The notes beneath the pieces are model-generated. The model saw nothing but the letters and a program-made list of their open reading frames with translations, searched no databases and was not told the origin of the DNA. The translations under genes and the position numbers were made by a program. Below are positions 12,137 through 27,055 of a stretch of DNA of 64,000 nucleotides, in pieces. Source of the stretch: Vermamoeba vermiformis (lineage: Eukaryota); NCBI GenBank assembly GCA_045837725.1, contig JBEWZL010000304.1, positions 62,001-126,000 of the forward strand, read 5' to 3'. The number at the start of each line of letters is the position of its first letter. Positions within the stretch are counted from its first letter, which is position 1.

Positions 12137-13704
12137 TTACATCATTTGGCCAAATTTCTCAGCTAAATTTGCACACAATGTTATCACTGAATCTGGCAAA
12201 CAATTAGCGACGAACAGTAGGCCCGTGTCGTAACCTACAAAGAATAAAAAGTTACATAAATACTGAACCTATGACTAAAACTACACACCAACAGCTCTGC
12301 GTGCAGGAGGATATTTCGCAAGCGCCACTTTTTCTATCGCTTCAACTAACGTATCCAACGTTTTGATGCCAAAATACTTGAAAAGCACTGTTCATGTTTA
12401 GCGATGAGTTATTAGGACTAATATTTAATATACGCACGTCCGAATGCAGCGTTGAAGTTCTTAATCATCGGCGTATATTGTTCCAATTCATATTTTGACT
12501 CGTTTTGGATGTCGTGGATCATCGGACTTTCGAACGTTCCAGGTTCGATAACAGATACTTTAATGCTCCAAAATCTTAACTCGATTCTAAGGGCATCGCC
12601 TATCGCCTCTAGAGCCTATTACAGAGTTACTACCGAAGAATCATCGACCAAAAATATTATCAAACTTACGTGCTTTGAAGCGCAATACATTCCAAGTCCT
12701 TGTGTTGCGAAGAAGCCTGCCAAGCTCGATGTAATACTATGTATCATTAGTATATGGGAGTAATGATAAATTAGGCGTACAGTATGCGCGGAGAGCCTTC
12801 GCCAGTGTACTCGCGTAACATGGGAGCGAATCCACGAACTGTCGAAATCGTGCCATAAACATTCGCTGGATACGTTGGATTAATATATTTTAACATTTAG
12901 TGTACCTCCGAACATTTTGTCAAAAGCGTATCTTGTGGTTGTCTCGATCGGGTACGTTTCAGCAACACCTGCGTTGCAGATCAGGCAAAATAACTGTTTG
13001 TTCGATTGCTTGAGTTCAGTTCGTACAATCTCTACGGCATCGCGCACGTGATCGTCGTTTGTAGTATCTGCATAGAATGGGTCAATGCTAAATAAGGAAA
13101 TAAAATTTGTGATCGACGTGGATGCGTACCCATGATAACAGTTTTGAGGAGATGCTTGTTTTCAGGACACTCACGATGCAATCTCTCAGCGTCCTCGGTC
13201 TTTCGAACTGTAGCAAATACCTGTACCAATTATTTAGATCGAACGCAAAATGAAGAACATAAAACAAACTTACAAGAAGTCCTCGCTTCACTTAATGAAA
13301 AGATAGTTCCTTTCCAATGCCTGTTGAAGTGCCTGTGATAAGAAACACTCCATTTTGAGGTACAGGCAGCTGCAGGTGAGTTTCAAAGGGGAATCTGGTG
13401 CAACAAAATTAGCTACAGAAGGCAGCAATATTCAAAATAAGATTGCAAATGGATTATTGCAGATAAATAATCAACTTATTAATTTTTTATTTATTATCCA
13501 ATGAATCTGTAAATTTACGCGTAATTGAACTAGATCCAGTTCTGAATTTCAACTTCAAATGCATTTATAGAATTTTAATTACCTTCGTACTAGATAAGCC
13601 AATAATGTAGCAAGTCCCAAGACCCAGATGCTGGCGAGAAGCAGATTTGCGAGGTACAACAAACCTACTAGACAAGCGTAGAACACCGCGCTAGGTCTCT
13701 TCAT
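12137..13704 (-). CDS. Short-chain dehydrogenase/reductase, left-arm copy (apparent in-frame stop at 13292-13294)
   Basis: ITGTSTGIG, CNAG and YCASK motifs; mirror of 59998-61563. TAA replaces a Phe codon within a mismatch patch. Confidence 0.75.
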
Positions 13705-14146
13705 TGATATAATTACAAATATACAGTGCTATATAATACAAACGGTCGACATGAAAGAAAACACAAAACCGCCGCCAAATGTAGCTCGCAGTTCGGAGAT
13801 TAAACCAAATTCGCGAGAAGAAAAAGAAAATCAATATTGCAACAAATATACGCTGAAACACCAACCAGCGTGGCACTCATGCAAACAATCCGATGCCTCC
13901 GTTGTAACCGACAACAGATCTATCGTGCAAAATTTCGAGTCAAGATCACGAACGCGCTTCTTCTTTCACCATCACTCGTTGATCAAAGAATTAACCGTAC
14001 GTTAGTATCGTGCCTGGATGGTACCGCGCGTGAATCTGATGTGACAAGCATGATTTTTTATGACAGGTTCACGTCCCAATTCTGTTTTGGCAGGTTACGC
14101 TGGAATACCTTCACCATTATTTAACTATTGCACTCAATACAACGCC

Positions 14147-17100
14147 ATGCGTAGTATAATCACAATACTACTGGCAATGACTAGACAGATTGGCTGTTGC
14201 GTCAGATCTGCATACTGCACGGCGTTTTCAGCCTGGAAGTTTTATTGTAACGAAAATAGACGGAACGTCCAGTAGGTAACTTATGTTTAGTATACCTATA
14301 ATATATTACGTTAATATCTTGCACGTTTGTATTCTAGATTGTGTAATAACTGCTCAAAACCCGCTCGGAAAATCAGTTTCTTTAGTAGAATATGCACTAA
14401 ATGGCACAAAGTTGCAACAAATAGACCTTCCTATGTAAGTGATAGTAATATGCATTAATGGAGATTCAATTGCCGCTATTTCCTTTTATTTAATGAAAAG
14501 CGTTGATGACGAGTGATTGAATACGGGACTATTTACTTTGATTGCCAAGCAATAATTGATCTCTAATACATTATTACTACTTTAAATATTGTTTTCATGA
14601 TTCAATAGTTGCAATTTTGGAATCTTTACGAGAGTAGTGGGCACATCCGGGTCAACCAGCGATAGCCCTAAATGCACGCTTACAGGAAGCATGCTAGAAG
14701 GAAAGCTCGCAATATCTCCCGATAGAACTACATTAGGATTGGCTTGCTATGATTCTGATCCAGCAGCACCGACGCCAACATCCGACCCTCGCGTCTCAGC
14801 CTTCATCGACAATACTGGAGCTATTACCCAGAGCATTTTGTGGGACAATACCTTTGATAGTAATAGTTTTGTCAGCGCTGCCGTCTCAAGTGGAAATGAA
14901 ACGTGGACATCTGGAACACAAAAAGTGGTTCAGAAATCGTTGGACTCGGGTATCGCCAGCGTTGTAGCCACCTCCACCAACATACTTACCGTCAAAATAT
15001 TCAACAACGAGCTATACGTCGGCAACAACACGCACGTCATTCAAGTTTCCAGCTCGCAATCTTTGAATGCGGTTGGATCTTCCTTTTTTGACTTTGCCAT
15101 ACTCGATGCTACGAATACTGTCGTTGGATTTGATACATTATACGTCGTATCGAATAGCTTGGGAAAGGTCCAGAAATTTGTCAAGTCTGGAGATTCGTGG
15201 GTCTCATCCGGATCTGCTGATGTTCTGAGCCCGATCAGTGTTTTTGGCTACATTGACTCCAATGGCGATACCATTTTGCTTGTAGGCACTTCAACAGGAA
15301 AGATCATTAGGTTCATAGACCTTACCGAAGATGCCACTTTGGTCGACGAATCCCCGCTCCAGACTTGGTTCCTTGGCATTACAATGAGTCCTACTACCCT
15401 TTGCAGCGATGGATTATTATCCACGGAGATTGGCGAGACTGACATCGACTGTGGAGGACCATTTTGCGCTCAATGTCCCAGCGGCAAGAGGTGCTCAAAC
15501 AACTTGGATTGCTTGCAAAACTACTGCTCCTCGACCACGAACACGTGTGGTAAGTCAACTTAGTCATGTCCAATCTCCTGGCCATGTGACTTAATTTCCT
15601 TTTTTAGAATCTCCATGTCTTGACGGCATCAAGAACTGGGGCGAGACTGATTTGAACTGCGGAGGAGACAACTGCAATGCGCTGTACAAGTGCGCTAATG
15701 ACCTTCAATGCAACGTCAACGAAGACTGTCAGTCCAACATTTGCACAGGCGGAATTTGCAGTAAGGAGGACTCTTTACACCTTATTTCTTACTCACGACT
15801 ATATTTAGTTGCTCAATCTTGCACTGACGGCATCAAAAACCAAGATGAAACTGGCGTGGACTGCGGTGGAGTTAGCCCTTCGTGTCCCAAAGTGTAGCAT
15901 TGTTTTTTCTTGTCACTTGTCGACGATGACTGCCTGAGCTTGCATTGTAATGGTACCCTCTGTGGTAAGTAGTGTGCGCTTGCGTTGTTTTTTTTTCTTA
16001 GGAGAATAATTTAAAAAACTTAGTCCCCGCAACATGTTCGGATTCGATCCGTAACCAAAACGAAACCGACATTGATTGCGGTGGAGTTTGTGATCCATGT
16101 GGATATAATCAGAGCTGCAATGTTGATACTGATTGCACGAGCTTGCATTGCGTTAGCCTGAAGTGCGGTAAGTTTTTGGGGTGGATCTTCAACGACCTGT
16201 TCTGAGCCTTCTTGTAGCTTTACCAACATGCGACGACACGATTAAGAACGGCAACGAGACCGACACTGACTGTGGAGGAAAATGCTCCCCGCTTGTACTG
16301 ACAAAAAAGCTTGCAAAGATCAACGAAGACAGCACTGATTTGCATTGCAATGGTACCTTCTGTGAAGTAGAAATATACAACTACTAAGTGACGCCTCATT
16401 ACCTTGATGCCTAATCATATCATATTACAGTCGCCCCTGCATGCGACGACCAAATTCTGAACGGCGATGAAACTGGCCACTGACTGCGGTGGCTCGTGCA
16501 TTAAGTGTGGGGACAACAATGTTTGCAAAGTTGAACTCAGACTGCGTAGGTCTTCGTTGCTGACTCTGCTTGCAGTAAGTACAAAGATTGGGAATATTCT
16601 AAGGCTACGATGTTATGCGCTTGATATCCAGTTCAAACCACGTGCTCAGACGGGATCCACAATCAAAATGAAACTGACACTGATTGCGGTCAGGTTTGTG
16701 ATCCTTGTGGATTCCGTCAATCATGTCAAGTAGACACCGATTGCACAAAGCTTGCACTGTTTTGGTTTTAAGTGTGGTAAGTTTTATTCGAGCGGAACAA
16801 AGTGACCAGATCTAATAACTATTTTTTTAAGTTCTGGGGAGCGACGGCGACACGGTAAGAGAACGGCAACGAAACTGACATTGACTGTGGAGGACCATAC
16901 TCAGCTTGCGCTGATAACAAAATGTGCAAAGTCAACGAGGAAAGTACCAGCTTGCATTGTGACAGCGGTACTTACGCGGTAAGTCTACACTCATTAGCAG
17001 AGACTTCTAGACCAACTTACTAATATTCTCTTAAATGCAGTTGCCCCTTCGTGCGACGATCAAATTTTGAACGGCGATGAAACAGCCACCGACTGCGGTG

Positions 17101-20100
17101 GCTCGTGCAACAAGTGTGATGATGGAGACACTTGCAAAGTTGACTCAGACTGCATTAGTCTAGGTAGCGGTACTACTAGCACGGTAAGTGACACGTATTT
17201 ATTGGGTCCCTAAACATGGCGTAATGATTGTTATTAGTAACTGCTACGTGCGCAGACGGGATCCACAACCAAAATGAAACTGACACTGATTGCGGTGGAG
17301 TTTGTGACCCGTGTGGATTCAATCAATCCTGTCAAGTCGATACTGATTGCACGAGCTTGCACTGTGTTGGCTTGAAGTGCGGTAAGTTTTGAAGTTTCTG
17401 CATTGGGGATCCGTGAGTACGTGAGGCTAACCTAGTGAATAGCTTTACCAACATGCGATGACACGATAAAGAACGGCAATGAAACGGATACCGATTGTGG
17501 AGGTACTTGCTCCCCTTGTTCCGATAACAAAACTTGCAAAGCAAACGCGGACTGCACCAGTTTGCATTGCAATGGTACCTTCTGTGGTAAGTATACAACT
17601 ACTACTCGACGCCTCATCGAGCTTGATGCTGATCATATCATAATATAGTCGCCCCTGCATGCGATGACCAAATTCTGAACGGCGATGAAACAGCCACTGA
17701 CTGCGGTGGTTCATGCAACAAGTGTGAGGACAACAATGCTTGCAAAGTTGACTCAGACTGCATTAGTCTTCATTGTGCCGCCGAAGTGTGTGGTAAGTAC
17801 CAATGACCATCGTGAAGCACAATACTAAAGTATAATCAAGTCGCTGCTACTTGTTTCGACGGTATCAAAAATCAGAACGAGACCGACACTGATTGCGGTG
17901 GAGTTTGCGATAAGAAATGCGATGACACCAAGAGTTGCTCTGTCAACAGCGATTGTGTCAGCTTGCACTGCTCGGCATTGACTTGTGGTATGTAGAAATA
18001 CTTAATAAGAAAGTCATTATTGACGCTTCTGTCAGTGGCTGCAACTTGTAACGACACAATTCAAAACAACGAAGAAACGGACGTTGATTGCGGTGGAAAT
18101 TGCGCTAAGTGTGAAGACTCCAAAAAATGTTTGGCCAATTCAGATTGCACTAGTCTTCATTGTGTCAACCATTTTATTGCGGTAAGCAATTCTAATTTAC
18201 CTTTTGTTTTAAGTATTAATGCAACTTGAAGCCGCTCCCACTTGCATCGACACCATTAAAAATCAAGATGAGACCGACACTGATTGCGGTGGTTCCACGT
18301 GCCAATCATGCCCTGATACGAAGGCTTGTTTGGTCAACGCAGACTGTGCCAGTCTTAACTGTTCTAGCCAAATTTGCGGTACGCGAAAATTCTGACACAG
18401 GACGCCTTGCGGGTCCAAATTAACCTTTTCTTACAGTCGCTGCCACATGCTCAGATTCGATTAAGAACCAAGCCGAGACTGACGTTGATTGTGGTGGTCC
18501 TTGCTCTGCTTGTGATCCAGGTCTCGGGTGCAAGGTTGACGCGGACTGCACGAGCAAAAACTGCGTCAATGAAGTGTGTCAAGCACCGACATGTACTGAC
18601 AACATTTTGAACGGTAATGAGACCTCTAAGGACTGCGGAGGCAACGATTGCGGCCAATGCAGTGATGACTCAAGCTGCAAAGTCAACAGCGATTGTGTCA
18701 GCTTGCATTGCGACAACCTCGTTTGCGGTACGTAAAACTCAGTTCTAGTCTTTGCATCTCAGATCTAATGCTCGGATCTTAGTTAAGGCCACGTGCTCGG
18801 ACTCCATTAAGAACCAAGGCGAGACTGACGTTGATTGTGGTGGTCCTTGCTCTGCTTGTGATCCAGGTCTCGGGTGCAAAGTTGATGCTGACTGCACGAG
18901 CAAAAACTGCGTCAACGAAGTGTGTCAAGCACAAACGTGTACTGACCAGCATTTTGGTGACGGCGTAGAGACCTCTAAGAAGTTGTGGAGGCAATAACTG
19001 CGACAAGTGCAGCGATAACTTGAGCTGTAAAGTCAACAGTGATTGTGATAAGGCTTGCATTGTGACACCCTCGTTTGCGGTACGTAAAACTTCACAACAA
19101 CGGCTATCTTTCCTAATCTAATACTTGGATATTAGTTGAGGCCACGTGCTCTGATGGCATTCGTAATCAGAACGAATTTGACGTTGATTGTGGTGGCACT
19201 AAGTGTACCTACAAACAGCCTTGACGATCAAATGTGTTTGGTCAATAATGATTGCACGAGCCTTCACTGCAATGGAACCACTTGTCGTGAGTATAATAAG
19301 ACTATAATACGATGATACAGTAGCGTAATTGATTGCTCTTAGTGGCACCGACGTGCGACGACCAGATCCAAAATCAAGACGAAGTTGATGTCGATTGTGG
19401 CGGTCTTGTTTGTGGTGGATGTGCTCCTGGAGGAAAGTGCCTCGATAGTTCGGGTTGCACGAGCAATAATTGCCTCAACGGCATCTGTCGTAAGTACCGA
19501 AAATAATTTAAGTACCAAATCTGTTCATTTATTAAATTCATTTTAGAATCACCTACGTGCGACGACGGCATCATTAACCAAGGCGAGACCGATTATGACT
19601 GCGGAGGTCCTAATTGTCCCACGTGCTCGCAAGGACAAAAATGCTTGAGCAATTCAGATTGTTCGAGCTTGAGTTGCGCAGAAGGAAAATGCAGTAAGAA
19701 CAATATTCAATATTCTCTATGTATATGATTATTAAGGACTTTTATAGTAATGCCTACTTGCAATGATCGAATCATGAACGGTGCTGAGACGGATGTGGAC
19801 TGCGGTGGTGCTCTAGGCTGTTCACCTTGCGGTAACGGAAAGAACTGTTTGTTGGCTAGTGATTGTACTAGTGGTATATGCATTAACGATACTTGTCGTA
19901 AGTAGATCAAGAACCTTGAAGCGGATCTAATTTTTTCCTAGAAACCCCGACTTGTACCGATAATGTGAAGAACGGTCAAGAGACTAGTACTGATTGCGGT
20001 GGTCCCACGTGCAATGCTTGTCCATCAGGTAGTCGATGCTTCAACGGCAATGATTGTCAGAGCCTCAATTGCGTCTTCTTCACTTGCCGTACGTGCACTT

Positions 20101-21280
20101 AATTTTCATGAACTATGAGATACTAATCAATTATTACAGTGGCTCCTACTTGTACTGATGGAATTCACAATGGCAACGAAACCGACACTGATTGCGGCGG
20201 TTCGTGTACCGGATGTGACGCTGGATTAACTTGCGACAAAAACTCAGATTGTCTTAGTCTTAATTGCGTTGATTATAAGTGTGGTATGTACTTTTACATC
20301 AATTTATTCGTATATTAAGCCAATTATACAGCTAACTCAACGTGCGACGACGCCATTCAAAACGGATTTGAAACTGCCGTGGACTGCGGTGGATCTGACT
20401 GCCAACCTTGCCCAGTAGACAAAACATGCAACATCAATGAAGATTGTACTAGCTTGCATTGTTTGAACGGATTGTGTGGTAAGTCTTGTCTCAAAATTGA
20501 AAACCAGATTCGGATCTGACCTTCAAATTTTATTCCAGTCGCCCCAGCATGCGATGACCAAATTAAGAATGGTGATGAAACGGATCAAGATTGCGGTGGC
20601 TCATGCAGTCTCTCGCTTGCGCTTTAGATTTGAAGTGCCTCATCCGCTCTGACTGCGCTTCGAACAATTGGCCGCAAGGCATTTGCGGTCAGTAACGACA
20701 ACTTGCTTTAACTTCAACAAGTCCTAATACTGTTATTATTAGTGCTCACCCCCGCGACCTGTAACGACGGCATTCTGAATCGAGACGAGACCGACACTGA
20801 CTGTGGTGGCAGTTGCGATAAATATCCCCTCAACCAAATCAACACTCCGTCTCCAACGATTGTTCTTCAGACTCATGCTCGCAACATATCTGCAGTAAGT
20901 CCTCCACGGTCACGTGATTTCCTAATATGGCAAGTCTAACGATGATGATTACAGGCACGCTACCCGCACCCATCCCTACTCCAATCTCGGTACCTGTTGC
21001 TGCTCCAGTTAATACGCCCGTTCATGAAACACCGGTCACTCCAGTAGCTGTGCCAGTCAGTGCACCAGTCAGCTCGCCAGTAACAGTAAATCCACCAATC
21101 AACAACGTACCTGAGCCTATTGCTTCGCCCGTTCCTGTTCCTGTGAGCAACGCACCTGTCCAGGCCGGCAACACACCTCAAGCAGAAACAGCTACGCCTC
21201 ACTCTGCAGCGAGTGGATCACGTGCTACTCATTCCGCACTACAACTCGTGGTTCTATCACTCGTGCTGTACTTCTATTAA
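14147..21280 (+). CDS. Large Cys-rich repeat (ETDxDCGG) surface protein, left-arm copy with apparent frameshifts
   Basis: Mirror of 52478-59561. Frame is disrupted in patches at about 14170-14360, 15870-17210, 18930-19230 and 20610-20890. Confidence 0.75.
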
Positions 21281-21485
21281 TTTGTAATCAAACTCGCGAT
21301 CAGCTGTACAATAAATACTCGTATACTATTGCTAAAATTAAAGAATTTCGGCGATAGCAGTTTATTGAAATGGCAGGGATCCATACAACAACCTCGTTTA
21401 GTTTGAATGTGCAGTCTTAGTAAATGCAGCTTAACTACTTCACCTCAATGCAAGTTTGCTTCATTATTTGAGCGAACAGAAAAAG

Positions 21486-22118
21486 ATGGAGGACAACAGA
21501 ACAGCGGCGTTTGACATCTGCAGCCAAACGACTTGCAAATTGAAGTCCTCGTGCGTTGCTTTTCATATTTGGATGGCGAAGATTTGTTAAGTGTCTCTGG
21601 AACATGATAAATGCTGGTACGCGATCAGCTGCGACAATGAGGCTTGGAAATCTGCTTTCTTGAAGACTTACGGAAATAAAAAAATTGCAATGAAGAAGGG
21701 TAAATATTATTAGCACGTAAACATGTGGATATTGGTAAAAAATGCGAGTGAGAAATAGCAAACTAATTTTGGATGGTTTTAGGAAAAAGAAAACAATTGC
21801 AAAACCAAGCAAAATTAACATATAAAAAAGAACGATATGTTAGAGAATACCGTAAACATGAACAGAGGGAACAAGCTGCGCGAATTTGGCTCACTTTTGA
21901 CTGAAACCCTTATTAATGGCGTACGTCTATTATCTGGACCCTTTATTATTTGCAATATATTAATTCTATATAATGAACGTACTACCTCGGGTCCTGTAGT
22001 AAATTCAGCGGGGATTACACGAGCACTGAAGAGCAGCGCATGGCAAGATTTGGAACTGCGTCACGAGAAGAGGCATAATCCGAATGGCGGTCCCTTCAGT
22101 GAAAAAGCGATAAAATAG
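21486..22118 (+). pseudogene. Small F-box protein, left-arm copy, heavily disrupted (possibly sequence error)
   Basis: Recognisable mirror of 51664-52272 with many indels. Confidence 0.6.
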
Positions 22119-22577
22119 TGCTCGCTTATGTTTATATTATTGAATTTGTAAATAAAGTAATAGATTAGAGGTAATTTGAGATATTTTAAAAAACACGCGC
22201 TTTTGAACTTGGAACACAGAAAACTCAGTGTTATTGTCCACTAAGCTGAATAAAGCACAATACTGTAAGGTAGTGCATATTCACGTTACGAGCTTCCGAG
22301 CCATTCGCTTGATTACATATTGCAGGTCAGTGATCCATTCAATCGACATCGAGCCGTTAATAATGATTCGCGTTAATGCATAATTTTAATATTTTTTATT
22401 TCGGGTTAATTTGATTTCTGACGAATTAAGATGACGCTTTAACCTCTTCGACTATAGCGATAATTTAATTAATCAGTTAATAATTATCTCAATTTATTAT
22501 GAGACATGGGAAAACTGACCTAATATCGTCATTTTACCAGTATAGGGGCTTTAACTGTTAATTTTGAATTAATTAAA

Positions 22578-25500
22578 ATGGACGATCAGTGGGAAGCCAT
22601 TGAAGACCCGCGGAAGCAAGAAGCAATCCACTAATCGTACAGACAACGCGACTAAGGATAAGAAGATAAAGAGCAATAATGATAATAATAACACCCCTCC
22701 TAAAATTACCACGACAAATGAAAAACGGATCCGGCGCTAAAGCAACTGCAACAACAGCAGGCAGTTTGAAGATCCGCCAATCTCCGTTGAGTTCATGTGG
22801 TCCAAGAACGGTAGCACACCTCAGACCTCTAGAACAACTAAGCTAACTAGAAGTCCTAAGCCTGACTTGACCGCGTGACGCACTCCAACTCCCCCATAAA
22901 ACCGACCCTGGGAAGTAAGTTTTCTTTCTTAGGTATTAATAAAATGACTAACAAATGTAAATTTCAGACAGCGAGCGTCGCCTGTTACAACATAGAAGAC
23001 ACCAACTCTGGCCCGGCGGAAAATCAACGACACCAACACGCGTGTCACCGAGTGTCAAACCAGCGATAAAAGTGTCACCCGCTGTCAAGAAACCAAAAGA
23101 TACTTCAACCACCGCTAAAAAGCCTGCGACCACTAGCACGACGGCGGATAAAAGCCACGATTCAAAGGAGGATAATAATACGAATGTGGTGAAACATGAT
23201 GACTCGATAAGCGATCGCATGAAGCGAAGACAAAAAGTCGCCAAGACTCACTGTTACAACAACTAAAGCGAGCCCTACGCACAAACCTTCAACTTCTCCT
23301 CCCAAAGAACCCAACCACAGACACGACAGCGACAAAATCACCGGTCAAGACATCGACGACAACGACACCAAAACCATCCCCTACAAGCACTACTACTGCC
23401 ACTAAAGTATCATGAAAACCCACCTCAACAACGTTAAAGCTTCAACCACTACAACTGTCAAAACATCGCCGACTTCTAAGCCCACTACGACGGCCACAAA
23501 GCCCGTGACAACATCGCTTCCCCCAATGACCATTCACAACGGCGAGGTAACTTTCTGCAGTAAAGAAGCCTGCTGCCACAACCACTGCCCCATCGACGTC
23601 AATTACAGCTTCCAATACCAATAAGACTGAAACCACTTTGACTACATCCACGTTACTAAGCCTGCCGCTGTCTCGGCGAACACCACATCCACTGCCACCC
23701 AAACCCGCCACAACCACTGTAAAGCCAAACCCACCACTTCTGCGGTTAAAGAAGGGCGCTCCTACGACTGCCCACGAAGCCAGCTACCATGGCCACGGCT
23801 GCATCTAAAGGTTCTGCTGCGACAAAACCGACCACATCCACAACAGCGAAGCCAGCTACAGCCAAGACTACCGCAACAAAACCTGCTACTACTGCGGTAA
23901 AACCTACTACTAGCGCGACGGCGAAAGCATCTGTTACTCAGGTATACAGAAAATACCGAAAAATCACAAAGTACCAATATCTATATTTGGGCCAAGACTG
24001 TAGCCGCAGGAACATCCAACGTTGAAAGCCTCAATTAGCGCAATCCAGCGAAAGCTAGATTTTAATCTTTACGATGCCATGCAAAATTTTATTTTGCTTG
24101 AGGTCCGTTCAGTGAAAACGTCCGTTGAAATTCGGTCAAAAATTGCGTCAAAGTAACTTGAACCGTTGAAAGGGATGCTGAATCTCGTTCGATAGAAACA
24201 TTGTATATAATAATAGCATATTTATTTGTATTATAGTATATTTATTTATTTCAACACCACTATGGTTCCTTTCTTGATCTGGCGTTATAGGGATCGGTGC
24301 TTTGGTGACTTGGTACCATGTTAAATACCAAAAGTTCTTGTTGATAGAAGGTCAGAAAATACGGAATTTGCTATGTACGGCATTTTAACTGATTCGAACC
24401 AAATGAATCTGATAAAATTTAATCCAATATTTTAATAGTTACGTTATCCCTAGCAAGTATTTTCAATTTATTATGGCATCGGATAGTATACTATATTTTT
24501 TCGAACGTGTAATTTCGTATTCACGGCACAGAATCTTCGAAACGATTTTAAATTGGATTCGGACATAATTAGACAGTTTCGTAACAATCCTGTTATAATA
24601 GGCTGCTACCGATAAGGCCACCTCAAAACCAGCAACAACGACTAAAACAGAGAAGTCCCAGGTCGATACTAATGGTTCTAAATCTGAAACGAAATCTGAC
24701 GTCAAGCCGGTTGAGAAGAGGTAAGACAATTAAAAATATTAGCAAATTGCCATTAATTCATAATTGACTTAATTACATAAATTAATTTTATTTGTGAATC
24801 GTCTAGTGTCGATCACGAAAAGCCAGGCGAGCAAGTTAAAGCAGAGCCAACAGACGTCAAGCCCATCGAACAACCGAAGCAAATTATCACTTCTGTTGCC
24901 GTTGAAGTCGCTGTCACTGCTTTGGAGCCCAAGCAAACTGAAACTGTCACCGTTGAAGCTGAGCCTGTTGTTGAAACTAAACCAGAGCAACATGTCACTG
25001 AGCACGTGGAAGAAACCAAGCCCGAAGAACACGTTGAGGAGCACAAACCCGAGGAACATGTTGAAGAACACAAGCCCGAAGAGCATGTGGAAGAACCCCA
25101 ACCAGCAGCACACGTTGACCAAAAGGCCGAGGAACACGTCGAAGAGCATGTAGAGCACAAGCCTGAAGAACACGTGGAAGAGCACAAGCCCGAGGAACAT
25201 GTTGAAGAGCACAAACCTGAGGAGCACATTGAAACTCAATCAGAGGAACACGTTGAGGAACATGTCGAGCCCGAGAAGCATGTTGACGAGACTCCAGCGG
25301 AGCATGATTCCACGGATGATGTCAAACCTGAGGTCGAAAGCGATGCTGAACCGGAGGAACATCCCGAAGAACATGTCGAGGAGCCTACTCACGTTGAGGA
25401 ACACCACGAGGAACACGTGGAAGAGACTCACGAGGATAAACACGTCGAAGAAAATGGTGAGCACGAAGATCATCACGAAGATAAGACTGATGAGCACGTT

Positions 25501-26891
25501 GAAGAAACTGTCGAGGAGACTCACGTGACTGACGAGCCTCACGAGAATGGTCACGCCACGGAAGGTGACACTCCTGATGAAAGTGATCAACCTCTCGAAG
25601 ACGGCGAGAACAAGCCTGAAGAACCGGTTGAAGAGCATGACGATGACGTCTATCACGACGAAGAGACTGCTCGTCACACCGCTGCCAATGAATCTGGTGG
25701 CAACAACGCTCCTGCCAGTGACTTGCCCAGGAAACCAAAATTGAAGAAGAGAAAGTCAGTCAAATTCTCTGAAACAGTTGTCGAATTTGCTGAAAACAAT
25801 GACACTGTCGAGACGCACGAGACACATATTAAGGACGAGGAAGAGTCCGGAGGCGTACTTAAAGTCGCTGAGACAGTCTTCCCGCACGAAATTATTGACG
25901 ACGATATTGACGGTGAAACTAATGACGAACCTGCGGATGGCGAGGTAAGAAAACTCCCCCCAAGGAAACAATAACCATAATATAGACCACTAGTATTAAC
26001 ACCTGTTCAGACAAGTGACGAAAAAGTTAAACAAGAAGAAGAGGCCAAACCTGCAGCCATGCCTGATACACCTAGCACATGACTAAGCGCGAAAAATTGA
26101 ATGCACGAAGAGCGTTCTTGAAGAGCAAGAAGAAACTTAGCAAACAAGAAGAAGACGAGTTGTTATTGCTCGAGTACGAAGAAGAGCAATTGAACGAGGT
26201 ACGAAAAAATTACCGAGCGAATCATTGCGCAACGTTAAGTTTAATGAACTTTTCATATTATAGGAGGAAGGTATTACGACCGAATCTGCCGAAGTTAAAG
26301 AGAGGTACGTAGTGTCAAATAATATATAATAGTAGGGCAACTATATTAATCATGTGTATGTAATATAGCCCTCGTAAACCTACTGCCGTGCAAGAAGAAA
26401 AAACTCACCGTGAAGTCGAACAAGAACGTTCACGTCAACGAAGACGAAGTGCATTTAAATACAAAGCCGAAGTTATTTATGAATATAAGAGCGAAGACTC
26501 GCAACGTGAGTACTACGGACTTGCCTAATTAGGAAAAATTGAAGTGGTGCTAACTCGAGGTTTTAGGATTATCGATTAAGCCAGGAGATGTTATTGTTGT
26601 CCTTGAACAAGGCGAGCCTGGTGGTTGGTGGCTCGGTGAATTGAATGGCCAAGAAGGTTACTTCCCTGAAAACTATTGCAAGGTAAGCCAAGTCCAACAT
26701 GATCAGAACTCGATCTGCTTAAAAAACTTCATTAATATAATTTGTTTGCTTAGATTGTTAAGCCCCAACGATCTATTTCACTGAAACAAGATGCTTCGCC
26801 GGCAATCAAAGCCATTCAAGCTCAATTGGGCTTTTTGAATGCGCAATGGTACGACGAACGAAACAAGGCCACCGAAAGCAAAGAGATTTAA
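22578..26891 (+). CDS. Thr/Lys/Pro- and Glu/His-repeat protein with C-terminal SH3 domain, left-arm copy (5' part frameshifted)
   Basis: Mirror of 46950-51209. Positions 24460-26891 are nearly identical to the right arm; 22578-24450 has many indels. Confidence 0.75.
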
Positions 26892-27055
26892 TGTAAGAGT
26901 TGGTCTCTTGTAGTTTTTAATTTAAGCATTGATGTATACTAAGCACATTTGGCTCCTTTTGTAATATGGATTTAATTTTGATAAAACCTCAAAAAAATCA
27001 TTCGCGCGATCGACCAGTTCAATTTTCAACGAACAGTAATGACCACAATATAATA